Origin: an uncultured delta proteobacterium
GTDB taxonomy: Bacteria > Desulfobacterota > Binatia > UBA9968
DNA length: 64,000 bases
NCBI GenBank assembly: GCA_963816145.1
Contig: CAWFJP010000014.1
Coordinates: forward strand, 32,001 to 96,000
Reading direction: 5' to 3'
Positions 1 to 11,081 of the stretch are shown piece by piece; within the stretch, counting starts at the first letter, position 1; every line of letters starts with the position of its first letter. The notes below the pieces were generated by a model, which searched no databases, was not told the origin of the DNA, and saw only the letters and a program-made list of their open reading frames with translations. A program made the translations under genes and the position numbers.

Positions 1-255
1 GTTGATATCGCCCGACGCCATGCCGGCGACCAAGGTCGGCGCGCCGCGTAAAAAGACTTGCTGGGCTTGCAGGCCGTATTTTGCCAGGATCCCTTGCTCA
101 TCGGTGATCCAAAGCGGCGCGACACGCGCGTTCATGGCGGCAAAGCCGATGACGATCTTGGTCGGCGCGGCCGCGGCGAAGGCCGAAAGAGACCACATAG
201 AATAAATGGCTGCGGTGAGGATCGCGGTGAGTGCTTTGGAGTGAGTACGTTTCAT
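1..255 (-). CDS. ABC transporter substrate-binding protein, NMT1/SsuA-like (partial, runs off window start)
   Basis: Manual translation from ATG at 255: MKRTHSKALTAILTAAIYSMWSLSAFAAAAPTKIVIGFAAMNARVAPLWITDEQGILAKYGLQAQQVFLRGAPTLVAGMASGDIN; signal peptide plus the typical N-terminal motif. Confidence 0.8.
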   Translation of the reverse strand, partial: MKRTHSKALTAILTAAIYSMWSLSAFAAAAPTKIVIGFAAMNARVAPLWITDEQGILAKYGLQAQQVFLRGAPTLVAGMASGDIN

Positions 256-285
256 TGTAACAAATAGTCCTTTCGGATTGATCTA

Positions 286-492
286 ACCACAAAGAGCACA
301 AAGTTCACTTAAGTTAAAGATTGGGATTGCCGTTTGCTCCACAATAACTCGAACGCTATATCATGCCCGTGACTACGGAGTGGAAACTAAAGCAAGATAC
401 ATTTGCACTCGTTGCGGCTGAATAGAATCATCTCTGATCCGAGGGCGCGATGTATCGCGCCCACACTTTGTGTCCTTTGTGCTCTATGCGGT
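286..492. repeat. Imperfect inverted repeat pair of the CACAAAG/CGCAAAG 9-nt-period family
   Basis: ACCACAAAGAGCACAAAG (286-303) versus reverse complement of 475-492 (ACCGCATAGAGCACAAAG); related motifs at 6704, 34590-34714, 35810, 63120-63190. Confidence 0.6.
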
Positions 493-500
493 CAATTCTT

Positions 501-1337
501 TTAATCTCGAAATCGTTCCAGCCAATGGCCGATGATTTCGACCATCTCCGTGGTGTGGCGGTTGTAGAAGTGATTGGCGCCGTCGACACGTTGATACATC
601 GACCGGCCGCCGGCGGCGGCAACAATTTCTTGTGCGTATTCGTGAAAAAACGGCTGCTCGGCGCCGCCGGCGATCGCCAGCACCGGGCAGCCGACGTTTT
701 TCGCGTGGGGCCGGCAGTCGTTGCCGTCATCCCGGCCGTATTTGTTCAAGTGGGTGCGCGCGGTGAAGAGCCCCGGATTGACGCCCACCGGCGCCATCAT
801 CAGTTCTTCGCTTTTACCGTCGGCAACCATCCGCTCCGCCGCGGCGATCAGCTCGCGAAACTGCGGTTGGCGCGCGACGCGCTCCGAGTAGAACTGCTTG
901 GGCGCCGAGCAGGCAACGATACTGGCTATGTCGCGGCGCTGCTGGGTGCCCTGGTAGATGATCGACTTGATGGCGCCGAGGCTATGGCCGATGAGAATGA
1001 AGCGCCGGTAGCCATGCTTCTTTAGAAAGTCGATGGCCGCGTCGAGATCGGCGACGCAATCTTCAAGATTCTCATAAGCAGCGCCGCCGAATTTCTGCAG
1101 ATTGCCCGCCCGCGCGATCCAATCATGGCCGCGCGTGTTGATGACGAAGCTATGATAACCGCGCTGCGCCAGCGCCTGGCCGAAGTTGAACAGCGGCGGC
1201 AAATAAAAATTCATCGCCACGCCATGGACGAAAATCAGGCCGAGATCGGATGCGCCGTGCGGCGGCGTGAGCAGCGCGCCGTGGAGCCGTTCGTTGTCGG
1301 CGGTTTTGAAGGTGTGGATTTGGGTGTGGTAGTTCAT
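501..1337 (-). CDS. Alpha/beta-fold hydrolase
   Basis: FVHG oxyanion motif, GHSLG nucleophile elbow, C-terminal GANHFY histidine. Confidence 0.85.
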   Translation of the reverse strand: MNYHTQIHTFKTADNERLHGALLTPPHGASDLGLIFVHGVAMNFYLPPLFNFGQALAQRGYHSFVINTRGHDWIARAGNLQKFGGAAYENLEDCVADLDAAIDFLKKHGYRRFILIGHSLGAIKSIIYQGTQQRRDIASIVACSAPKQFYSERVARQPQFRELIAAAERMVADGKSEELMMAPVGVNPGLFTARTHLNKYGRDDGNDCRPHAKNVGCPVLAIAGGAEQPFFHEYAQEIVAAAGGRSMYQRVDGANHFYNRHTTEMVEIIGHWLERFRD

Positions 1338-1422
1338 AAATAATTTCAACGATTCTTATGATATGGGAGCTGGTGGGTGTCAAGTTGAGTGAAGCTGAAA
1401 CGCCGGCTAAGGAGATACGGGA

Positions 1423-1701
1423 GTGACTAGCGTTCGAACCTTGCACATAAAGTGGATGAAGGACGGCAAGTACCGCAAAGCCTACAAGGCTCGCGAAGGC
1501 GGGTTCGAGTTATCGCGAGCGGTGATTCAGGCTCGCTCCAACGCTGGACTTACGCAACAGCAACTAGCAAAACGTATGTCTACTACACAAGCCGTGATTG
1601 CGCGACTGGAAAGCGGCCGTAGTAGTCCATCGACTCAAACTCTTGAACGTTTGGCAGTGGCGACTGGAACTAAATTGAAGATCACGTTTGAACCAGCGTA
1701 G
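1423..1701 (+). CDS. XRE-family HTH protein, HigA-like antitoxin (orphan)
   Basis: ARSNAGLTQQQLAKRMSTTQAVIARLESG HTH; only a short toxin-like tail (AKEIRE*, GTGA overlap) remains upstream. Confidence 0.8.
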   Translation: MTSVRTLHIKWMKDGKYRKAYKAREGGFELSRAVIQARSNAGLTQQQLAKRMSTTQAVIARLESGRSSPSTQTLERLAVATGTKLKITFEPA

Positions 1702-1821
1702 GTCAGCAGTTGATGGGAATGGTAATCCGTCGGTTATGATCGTTCCTGCCAATTCGCACTTTTACTCACCGCCGTTGCGCAAGTCTGCAAGGTCTGCCCC
1801 CTCAGCTGTAACCTTCTGAGT

Positions 1822-2382
1822 CTAGCCAAAAACCTCCGTCGCAGACACTTCGGCCCATGCCTGCTTGGGTTCGGCGTGCGGCTTCGTCCGACCTGTGAGC
1901 AGGTGAACCGACGGCTGCGTCCCCTTCTTCCACTCTGCAAGGACGACGCTCTTTGCCCGATGGTGCTTTGCAACCTGCCGTAACCGCTTAATTTCCGAGT
2001 CTATTGGCCAATCCGCATTCCCACCCTTTACTTGGAGAAGGATGATCTCGAAATAGTCTCCCCGCCTAATGACCCCGAATGTTTGACTGTGATCCTTTCG
2101 GATTGCGATCAAATCAACGATGCCTGTCGATTCTCCACCACGTGGGCCGAGAAACTCAACGATTTGCCATTTTACCCCGCTGTTTGTTCTCGTAATCAGC
2201 CACTTCGTCATCGTGACTGCCCAATCGTGGGAGTATCGAACCTTCTCTGTCGTCCTACGAGCCTTTCTGGTGATGGCCGCTAAAATAGCTGGCGCAACCA
2301 TCTTCGGAGACTTGGTTGGCTTTGCCTGTGCTCGGTTGGGCATCTTGGACTCTCGACTAATTTTCTGGACGGTGTTGCTCAT
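1822..2382 (-). CDS. Hypothetical protein, possible PD-(D/E)XK nuclease fold
   Basis: GIVDLIAIRK...IILLQVKGG pattern resembles the D...(E/Q)xK motif of Hjc-like nucleases. Confidence 0.5.
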   Translation of the reverse strand: MSNTVQKISRESKMPNRAQAKPTKSPKMVAPAILAAITRKARRTTEKVRYSHDWAVTMTKWLITRTNSGVKWQIVEFLGPRGGESTGIVDLIAIRKDHSQTFGVIRRGDYFEIILLQVKGGNADWPIDSEIKRLRQVAKHHRAKSVVLAEWKKGTQPSVHLLTGRTKPHAEPKQAWAEVSATEVFG

Positions 2383-2588
2383 GTTGGTTCAGCTTCCTTG
2401 CCACCACAGCCTCCGAAACGTGGGCAGACCGCCAGCCCAATTCTTGCTGCCGAGCAATTTGCCGCCCTTCTCGAAATACGGCAGCCGAATACAGAACCCG
2501 GCTCTGCATTCAGCAATAATTGGGAGGCTCCGAGTTCTCCGCTGAAATCAATTTCTTCGAGATCCTGAAAGTGAAAATCTTTACTCAT
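2379..2588 (-). pseudogene. Probable 5' fragment of an unknown gene, coupled to the HDAC gene
   Basis: ATG overlaps the HDAC stop (ATGA); protein-like first ~40 aa, then low-complexity tail. Confidence 0.35.
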
Positions 2589-3469
2589 ATTATAGAAGCC
2601 ATTACTTCGCAGGTCTGAAAATGCAGATCAACGACGTCTTCAATCTTGCGCGCGTAGCCACCGGCCATCACCACCGCTAATGGTACCTCAGGGAGAAAAT
2701 CCCGCACCATTTCATCTCTCAGTCTGATTCCCTCCCGGGTTAAAGAAAGGCCTCCCAACGCATCACCACGATGCACATCAACTCCCGCGAGATAAAAAAT
2801 CAGATCGGGTTTGAAAGAACTCCTGATCCGGTGCAGAGCCTTTTGCAGCAGTGCAAGATATTCCTCATCGCCACAGCCTGTTTCAAGCCCGACATCAAGA
2901 CGGCCCTTTTGTTTCACAGGATAGTTCTCCTGTTCATGCATCGAGAAGGTAAACACCGACCGATCTCGTCTGAAAATATGAGCGGTGCCATTTCCCTGGT
3001 GAACATCAAGGTCAATAATGAGAATTTGTTTCACCAGTTTTTCTTCTTGCAGCCTGCGGATTGCTACAGCGACATCGTTGACGTAGCAGAAGCCTTCAGC
3101 ATGTTCGGCAAAGGCATGATGAAAGCCGCCGCTCAGATTCATCGCCCGCCCTGTTTTCAAAGCTTCCCGGGCGGCCTGTAGTGTTCCCCCGCTTGCCAGC
3201 AAAATGGCGTCGACGAGTTCCTGAGTCAAAGGTAATTCGCTGTGTTTTGTAGATTCTGTCAGTCTCAGCGTCAGTAAATCATTGACGTATCTTGTCGTAT
3301 GCACCAGCAGCAGGTCGTCGCGATCCAAGGGTTGAGCGAGCACAAAATTTTCACCCGCAAATCGCCGGTCAGAACGCAGTTTATCGCGTAACATTGGATG
3401 TTTTTGAATTGCCAGAACATGCGGACCGATGTCGGGAAGATGGGTAGTGCAACAATCAATAAAGATCAT
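2585..3469 (-). CDS. Histone deacetylase-family (Zn-dependent) amidohydrolase
   Basis: GGFHHA, GFCYVND, DLDVHQGNGT, AGVD and GGY motifs. Confidence 0.92.
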   Translation of the reverse strand: MIFIDCCTTHLPDIGPHVLAIQKHPMLRDKLRSDRRFAGENFVLAQPLDRDDLLLVHTTRYVNDLLTLRLTESTKHSELPLTQELVDAILLASGGTLQAAREALKTGRAMNLSGGFHHAFAEHAEGFCYVNDVAVAIRRLQEEKLVKQILIIDLDVHQGNGTAHIFRRDRSVFTFSMHEQENYPVKQKGRLDVGLETGCGDEEYLALLQKALHRIRSSFKPDLIFYLAGVDVHRGDALGGLSLTREGIRLRDEMVRDFLPEVPLAVVMAGGYARKIEDVVDLHFQTCEVMASII

Positions 3470-3742
3470 GCAGTTACTTTCTCTCGGCGTGGAACAATTC
3501 TTGCCCCGTCTTTGAGTTTTTCATAGAAAGCCCGAAATTCGGCGTTTGGTACGCGCAGGGTCTCATCAGTTGCGAACCGGGGTTTGAACGAAACCAGATA
3601 ATAGATGTCGATTTTTCCCTTGCTCTTTGCTTCAACGCCCCCCCGGTGCTCTGTGCCGAAAAAGTACCGAACTTTCTCAAAAAGATTGCCTGATATGTTA
3701 ATACCTCCGGGGGTGCCCGATGATTCGAGTCGCGAGGCCGTA
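3466..3742 (-). pseudogene. C-terminal fragment of a class III adenylate/guanylate cyclase
   Basis: Manual translation TASRLESSGTPGGINISGNLFEKVRYFFGTEHRGGVEAKSKGKIDIYYL...KVTA*; no start codon; TGA overlaps HDAC ATG. Confidence 0.75.
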
Positions 3743-3928
3743 TATGGATAGTCTTTTTAAACCACCTTTTTCTATGACCGGAGTCATATCGCCTGACCTG
3801 CGAGCCGTCAAGCGCACGAGTGTTGGTGAAATTGCGCTGTTGCTGTGATGGCGCTAGTCGATCCAAGCGACGCCGTGGGCTAGATTAGCGCGAGAACTGT
3901 AGATTGGCTTACGGAAAATACCGAAGCG

Positions 3929-4243
3929 ATTGCATGGATACGCTACGAAGACAGCCGGGGGATACGGCCAATTGAAGAATTCTTGGGATCGCTGAGCGAG
4001 ACAGACCGAGCCGTGGTAAAAGCAAAACTATTCTATCTCCAGGAGCGAGGGAACCAACTCCGATAGCCCATGTCGAAAAGCCTGGGCGCCGGTATTTTTG
4101 AGTTGAGGGTGCACGCCTTTTGGATCTTTTTCTGTTTTCGAAGCGGCAAACGGATCATGTTGCTGCACGCGTTTAGGAAAAAATCTCAAGCCACGCCCAA
4201 GCGGGAAATTGAAACAGTTCGACGAATAATGTTGGAGGTCTAA
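3929..4243 (+). pseudogene. RelE/HigB (Gp49/DUF891-like) toxin pseudogene
   Basis: ...RPIEEFLGSL...LQERGNQLR*PMSKSLGAGIFELRV...LLHAFRKKSQATPKREIE; in-frame TAG at 4064-4066, no clear start. Confidence 0.8.
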
Positions 4244-4555
4244 ATGAAAAAGGGGAAAGCCGTAGCGTTGAATCTGAATCTACCTAAAGAAATGAAAAGC
4301 ACCCGGTTTGCCGCAGCATTTCAAAAGGAACTTAGCCGCAATCGATTGGCCGAGCAAATCGCCGCGTTGCGTCGGAAACAAGGCTGGACCCAAGCCGAGC
4401 TGGCGCGCAAAGTCGGAACTACGCAGTCAGGCATCGCGCGCCTAGAAAACCCTAACTATCAAAACTATTCTTTGAAAGCCTTAGAAAAAGTTGCCGCGGT
4501 GCTGAACGCGCGACTGATCGTGGGCCTCGAAGAAGTTCGAAAAAACGCGGCCTAA
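4244..4555 (+). CDS. HigA-like XRE HTH antitoxin
   Basis: LRRKQGWTQAELARKVGTTQSGIARLENPNY; immediately follows the toxin pseudogene. Confidence 0.85.
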   Translation: MKKGKAVALNLNLPKEMKSTRFAAAFQKELSRNRLAEQIAALRRKQGWTQAELARKVGTTQSGIARLENPNYQNYSLKALEKVAAVLNARLIVGLEEVRKNAA

Positions 4556-4635
4556 GGCGGGTCCTGTGAGTAAGAAGCTCTGGGGCAAATCTTTACTCCC
4601 CGCCCACTCGCTGTCTTCAGGTGACGAGTCTGAAA

Positions 4636-4885
4636 TTATCTCCCGCCATACTCCGCATTCATTTTCTCAAAGAACCCGCTGTCCTCGATTTGTCTTGACG
4701 ATGGTGCTGTCCATCAGATGTCCGACTTTTAGGCTGGCGATCTTGGAGTTCTGTTGTGCCAGTAACCGTTGCAGCGTGCGCGTGCCTTCCAGGATGTCTG
4801 TCTTCAGTCGAGTGGGGATTGTCTCTAGGCTTTGTTTTCGCTTTGCGATTATCCAGTGGTGCGGAGCCGCGCCCTTGTACGTCAT
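4636..4885 (-). pseudogene. 3' remnant of a substrate-binding protein gene, diverged copy of the end of 5547-6572
   Basis: LEGTRTLQRLLAQQNSKIASLKVGHLMDSTIVK/QIEDSGFFEKMNAEYGGR* (one frameshift) versus LEGMRILQRLLAPQNPKIGSLKVENLIDSTIVKKIEDSGFFEKMNAEYGGK*. Confidence 0.85.
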
Positions 4886-4957
4886 TCCTAAGATATTGCC
4901 GGTGATATCAATATTTGATAAAATTCGATAATCTCAATCGGAGCTAGGAGTAGAAAT

Positions 4958-5227
4958 ATGCCATCCAGTTATGCCGTTGGCGAACATTTCGAGCAGTTTA
5001 TCAGAGAGCAGGTGGACGGTGGGCGCTATGCCAGTGCCAGTGAAGTGGTGCGCGACGCGCTCCGTCTGCTGGAGCAGGAGCAGGAACAGCGCGCTTTGGC
5101 CGTACGCGCGCTGAAAGGCGAAGTAAAAAAAGGCTTGGCCAGCGGGCGAGGGCCGTCGGCCGAGGTTCTGCTCGAACGGCTTGAACGCAAATACTCCAAA
5201 ATGGCCGCAGAGCGGCGTAAGAAATAA
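4958..5227 (+). CDS. parD: ParD-family (CC2985-like) antitoxin
   Basis: GEHFEQFIREQVDGGRYASASEVVRDALRLLE signature; RBS AGGAG. Confidence 0.9.
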   Translation: MPSSYAVGEHFEQFIREQVDGGRYASASEVVRDALRLLEQEQEQRALAVRALKGEVKKGLASGRGPSAEVLLERLERKYSKMAAERRKK

Positions 5228-5511
5228 TGCAGGTTGTTTTTAGCCTGCAAGCCGAGATCGATCTTGAAGAAATCGGCGACTACATTGCCGCGGATAATCC
5301 AACGCGAGCGGTTTCCTTCATCGGGGAAATTCGCGAGCAGTGTATCCGGATAGCCGCGGCGCCGCTCGGTTATGTAGCACGTCCGGAACTAGGCGAGGGA
5401 CTGCGTTCATGTACTCACCAGAGGTATCTGATCGTCTTTCAATGTGCTGAAGATGAGGTACTTATCGTTCGGGTGCTGCACGGTTCACGTGACATCACCG
5501 CGCTATTTTAG
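5227..5511 (+). CDS. parE: ParE-family toxin
   Basis: AEIDLEEIGDYIAADNPTRA...RPELGEGLRS...IVRVLHGSRDI; TAATG coupling to parD. Confidence 0.9.
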   Translation: MQVVFSLQAEIDLEEIGDYIAADNPTRAVSFIGEIREQCIRIAAAPLGYVARPELGEGLRSCTHQRYLIVFQCAEDEVLIVRVLHGSRDITALF

Positions 5512-5546
5512 TGAAAAATATCGGCTGCGCTATCATAGCTCCTAGC

Positions 5547-6572
5547 CTACTTCCCGCCATACTCCGCATTCATCTTCTCAAAAAATCCGCTGTCCTCGAT
5601 CTTCTTGACGATGGTCGAGTCGATCAGGTTTTCGACTTTGAGGCTGCCGATCTTGGGGTTTTGCGGCGCCAGCAACCGCTGCAGGATGCGCATGCCTTCT
5701 AGCGACACATAGGGCTTGCGGCCTTCTTCCAATCGCACAAGCGTCGCGACGTCTTGGTAGGCTCCTTCGGCGGCGGCGCTGTCGGTCATTCTAAATTGCT
5801 TGGTCAGCGTTTCCAGGACAACCTGTTTGTTTCTTGGATGGCCGGTGTAGAGCATGCCTTCGATGAGCGCCATCATGACGCCTTGCAGGGTATCGGCGTT
5901 TTGCTGCAAGTAGGGACGCTCGACTAAAACCGTCATGCCGACGGAAGGCAATCGGGTTTCTTCGCAGCGGCCGAGGACGGTGAAGCCTTTGCTTGCGAGA
6001 CGGCGGCTCAAGTAGCCGGGGACGACGGTGGCGTCGATCAAACCGGCTTCGAGGGACTGTGCGAGCACGGTGACGTCGCCGATGACGATCATCTGGATAT
6101 TGTCGCGCTTCTCATCCATGCCCAAATGTTCCAGCCATACCGTCGCGGTTTTCCAAACGCCGCCGCCGACGCTCTGCACGCCGAAGCGTTTGCCGGCGAG
6201 TTCTTTGGCGCTCTTGACATTGGGCCGGGCGACGATGTCGAGACTCTCGCGGCTGGAGAGGCTGGCGATGATCTTCATGTCGCGGCCGCCGAGCGTTGCG
6301 GCGATGGCGGTGGGGGCGCCGCCGTAGGCGATTTGGGTGTCGCCCGATACCAGCGTCGCGATCTGCGCCGGATTGCCGCGCACCCAGACGACTTTCGATT
6401 TGATGCCGTACTTGCCGAAGAAGTTTTGCCGCTGAGTGACCCAGAGCGGGATCGATGTTGTGCTCATGGAAGCGTGGGAGATGATGACCTCGCCGGGAGC
6501 GGCGGCGACGCTGTTGTGCGGTGTCATCGCGAACGCGATGATAAGGAATGCTATGCGGGTCAATCTTCTCAT
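5547..6572 (-). CDS. ABC substrate-binding protein, NMT1/SsuA-like
   Basis: Signal peptide; FFGKYGI, ELAGKRFGV, IDSTIVKKIEDSGF motifs. Confidence 0.85.
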   Translation of the reverse strand: MRRLTRIAFLIIAFAMTPHNSVAAAPGEVIISHASMSTTSIPLWVTQRQNFFGKYGIKSKVVWVRGNPAQIATLVSGDTQIAYGGAPTAIAATLGGRDMKIIASLSSRESLDIVARPNVKSAKELAGKRFGVQSVGGGVWKTATVWLEHLGMDEKRDNIQMIVIGDVTVLAQSLEAGLIDATVVPGYLSRRLASKGFTVLGRCEETRLPSVGMTVLVERPYLQQNADTLQGVMMALIEGMLYTGHPRNKQVVLETLTKQFRMTDSAAAEGAYQDVATLVRLEEGRKPYVSLEGMRILQRLLAPQNPKIGSLKVENLIDSTIVKKIEDSGFFEKMNAEYGGK

Positions 6573-6703
6573 TGCACCAGCCTCCCAGTTTTTGCTTTAA
6601 CCGACATCGTGTCGCGAAACCGGTTGGAATATAGCTGCAATCGATCGGAACCAAGCAAATTGAATTGGCTCAGTGAGCCGCTGCGGTGGAAGAAGTCGGA
6701 TGA

Positions 6704-6844
6704 TCTCCCGCAAAGGCGCCAAGGCGCAAAGGTGTGGAGCAAGGCCCGTCATCCCGAGTGAATGCGAAGGATCTACGAAGATTTCTCCCTGCGGTCGACA
6801 TGACAGTAATTCCCAACTTAGCGTCTTTGCGCCTTTGCGGGAGA
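6704..6844. repeat. Composite palindromic element: 16-bp perfect terminal IR enclosing a GTCAT...ATGAC REP-like hairpin
   Basis: TCTCCCGCAAAGGCGC / GCGCCTTTGCGGGAGA termini; inner element 6748-6804; first 28 nt identical to 63161-63188. Confidence 0.8.
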
Positions 6845-6897
6845 AATTCCGAGCCGCCGTTGCGGCTCTGTAGTCAGCCAAAATTAACCTACAATCT

Positions 6898-6930
6898 ATT
6901 CTTGACATTGTTAGTTGAATTACTTAGTTT
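6898..6930 (+). promoter_or_regulatory. Sigma70-type promoter overlapped by a candidate Rrf2 operator
   Basis: TTGACA (6902)-N17-TAGTTT (6925); ATTCTTGACATTGTTAGTTGAATTA resembles Rrf2/IscR-type sites. Confidence 0.55.
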
Positions 6931-6951
6931 AACGTTCCGGGAGATTGGCCC

Positions 6952-7386
6952 ATGAAAGTCGGCTCTAAAGCATACTACGGTTTTCTCGCCTTGGTTGAGT
7001 TGGCGGGCAATTACAAAATCCGCCGCACCACGCAGGTCAGAGAGATTGCCAAGGACCAAGATATTCCTTCCGAGTATCTCGGCCAGATCATGGTATTGCT
7101 CAATCGAGCGCGCTTGGTGCATGGATCGCGCGGGCCGGGCGGCGGTTATATTTTGGCGCGGCCGCCGGAGACGATCACAGTGAAAGAAGTCATCGAAATT
7201 TTGGAAGGCCCGTTCGCGACGCTGGAAATGCGCGCGCGAAAAAAGGGCGGCACCGGCGCGCTGGCGACGGAGCGGCTGATCCAGACTTGGGCCAAGGGCG
7301 TGGCGGCGATGGAGTCGGTGTTGGAGGACGCGACGCTCGCCGATCTGTGCAAACCCGAGCAAGAATCTTACATGTATTACATCTGA
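6952..7386 (+). CDS. Rrf2-family transcriptional regulator (CymR-like, lacks the IscR 3-Cys motif)
   Basis: EIAKDQDIPSEYLGQI...SRGPGGGYILARPPETITV; C-terminal YMYYI. Confidence 0.9.
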   Translation: MKVGSKAYYGFLALVELAGNYKIRRTTQVREIAKDQDIPSEYLGQIMVLLNRARLVHGSRGPGGGYILARPPETITVKEVIEILEGPFATLEMRARKKGGTGALATERLIQTWAKGVAAMESVLEDATLADLCKPEQESYMYYI

Positions 7387-7410
7387 ATCGCGGAAAAATT
7401 TTTTGGGATA

Positions 7411-7435
7411 ATAACTGACTAAACCAATCAACTTA
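7411..7435. promoter_or_regulatory. Candidate Rrf2 operator
   Basis: ATAACTGACTAAACCAATCAACTTA, an imperfect palindrome similar to IscR type-1 boxes, between the regulator and the reductase. Confidence 0.45.
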
Positions 7436-7593
7436 CTTTTGTTGGACGCTCTGAGGCGCGGGTTCTGGGTCAGGATCATTACGGACCCCCGCGGAAGTGA
7501 GGCGAAGAGATTTCTCGCTGCGCTCGAAATGACAAATGGAATAGCCGTCAGTACTGAGGCGCGATGCCGACAAATCATCGCCGGAGGCGAAAA

Positions 7594-9898
<2,305 letters not shown>

Positions 9899-9928
9899 TG
9901 ACCTGTGGTCATGTGAACATGCGGAGAG

Positions 9929-10013
9929 AAATCCCCCTCGATCCCCCTTTTCCAAAGGGGGAGGGAATGAGTCCGGTTGCCCCTCTTTGAAAAAGAGGGG
10001 TTAGGGGAGATTT
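9929..10013. repeat. CCCCCTTT/AAAGGGGG double-hairpin intergenic element
   Basis: CCCCCTTTTCCAAAGGGGG and CCCTCTTTGAAAAAGAGGG hairpins within an outer AAATCCCCCT...AGGGGAGATTT IR. Confidence 0.7.
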
Positions 10014-10073
10014 TCTTCGGCTGCAGCCCTATCGGAGACCGATATTCATCGCAGCGACGAGATCGGAGCCAGC

Positions 10074-10641
10074 ATGGAACTACAAAAACTGAACGTCAAG
10101 TTTTTCGTCGAGCAGCCCAATGCCATTGCGCTGACCGACTTCATCGAGATCTTTCACTCGTGGATTCAAGCCACCGATGGCGTCTATCACGATGTCGCCG
10201 ATTATAGTCACATGCAGGCGGGGCCGGGGATCGTTCTCGTCGCCAACGACGCCAACGTCAGCATCGATGAAAGCGGCAATCGGCGCGGTTTGCTTTTCAG
10301 TCAAAAGGCGCCGCTCGCTGGGTCGAATCAGGACAAGTTGCGGCAAGTCTTTCGTTCGGCAATGGAATACTGCCGCAAACTCCGAGCGGAACCGGCACTG
10401 CGCGGCAAGCTTCGCTTTAGCGTCAACGAAGCGCTGGTGTCGCTCAACGATCGGCTGCTCGGTGAGAATTCGCCGGCGGCGTTCGAGGCGCTGAAAAGCG
10501 ATGTCGAAGCAGTGGCCAAGGAATTGTTCGGCGGTGGGCGGTGAGTTGGCGCGCGATAACGATGCGCGCAGCGCTTAAACATCGCGTAAAGGAGCGGCGT
10601 CGCTCGATTTGCAACAAGCTATCGAATTTGCGGCCAACTAG
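10074..10641 (+). CDS. Hypothetical protein in the sulfite reductase operon (3' end frameshifted)
   Basis: Clean 156-aa ORF with RBS GGAG; probable degraded continuation to TAG at 10641. Confidence 0.6.
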
Positions 10642-10654
10642 AAGGGGGCTGATT

Positions 10655-10950
10655 ATGACGACGACGACACATGAAAGGATCGGTTGGAAGCGTTGGATTT
10701 GGAGCGGGCCTCGGCGAACCGTGTTGGGCGGGCGCTCGAAGTTTCGCCGCAAATCGCCGGCTGTTCGCAAGCCGAGGATCGGTGCTGATCGACATGATGC
10801 ACCGGCTGCGCGGCAGCGATTTCGGGTTACTTGGACACCGGCGGCTCAATCAGAACATGATTGCATGGACGCGGTGCGCGCGCGTCGGCATCGCTCGAGT
10901 TATTTCCCGCGCGAGTCGAACGATGGTGCCAAGGGGTCCGCGGCGCGACG
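10655..10950 (+). pseudogene. cysH: PAPS/APS reductase N-terminal fragment with many indels
   Basis: Pieces across frames: GSVLIDMMHRL, DTG/RLN, DCMDAVRAR, YFP; RBS GAAGGGGG. Confidence 0.6.
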
Positions 10951-11081
10951 GTAACTGTGGACAGAGACGCGGACGCGCGGCGGCGGCTCCGCCTGCACAT
11001 CAGGATTTCCGCGGGCATCAACGACCTAGCGCAAGCGCTGGCCGATTTGCCGAGGAATTCAACGGTTGCCGGAGCTGTATT

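Noticed and set aside
4064-4066. In-frame TAG in the RelE-like toxin as stop-codon recoding
   Set aside because: TAG is a normal stop for many genes here, the gene also lacks a start, and a single GAG>TAG change explains it
1350-5511. Integron cassette array
   Set aside because: No convincing attC sites (RYYYAAC...GTTRRRY with paired arms), mixed gene orientations and no integrase
10671-11081. 137-aa N-terminal extension on CobA
   Set aside because: Read-through of frameshifted cysH debris; CobA homology begins at GTG 11082
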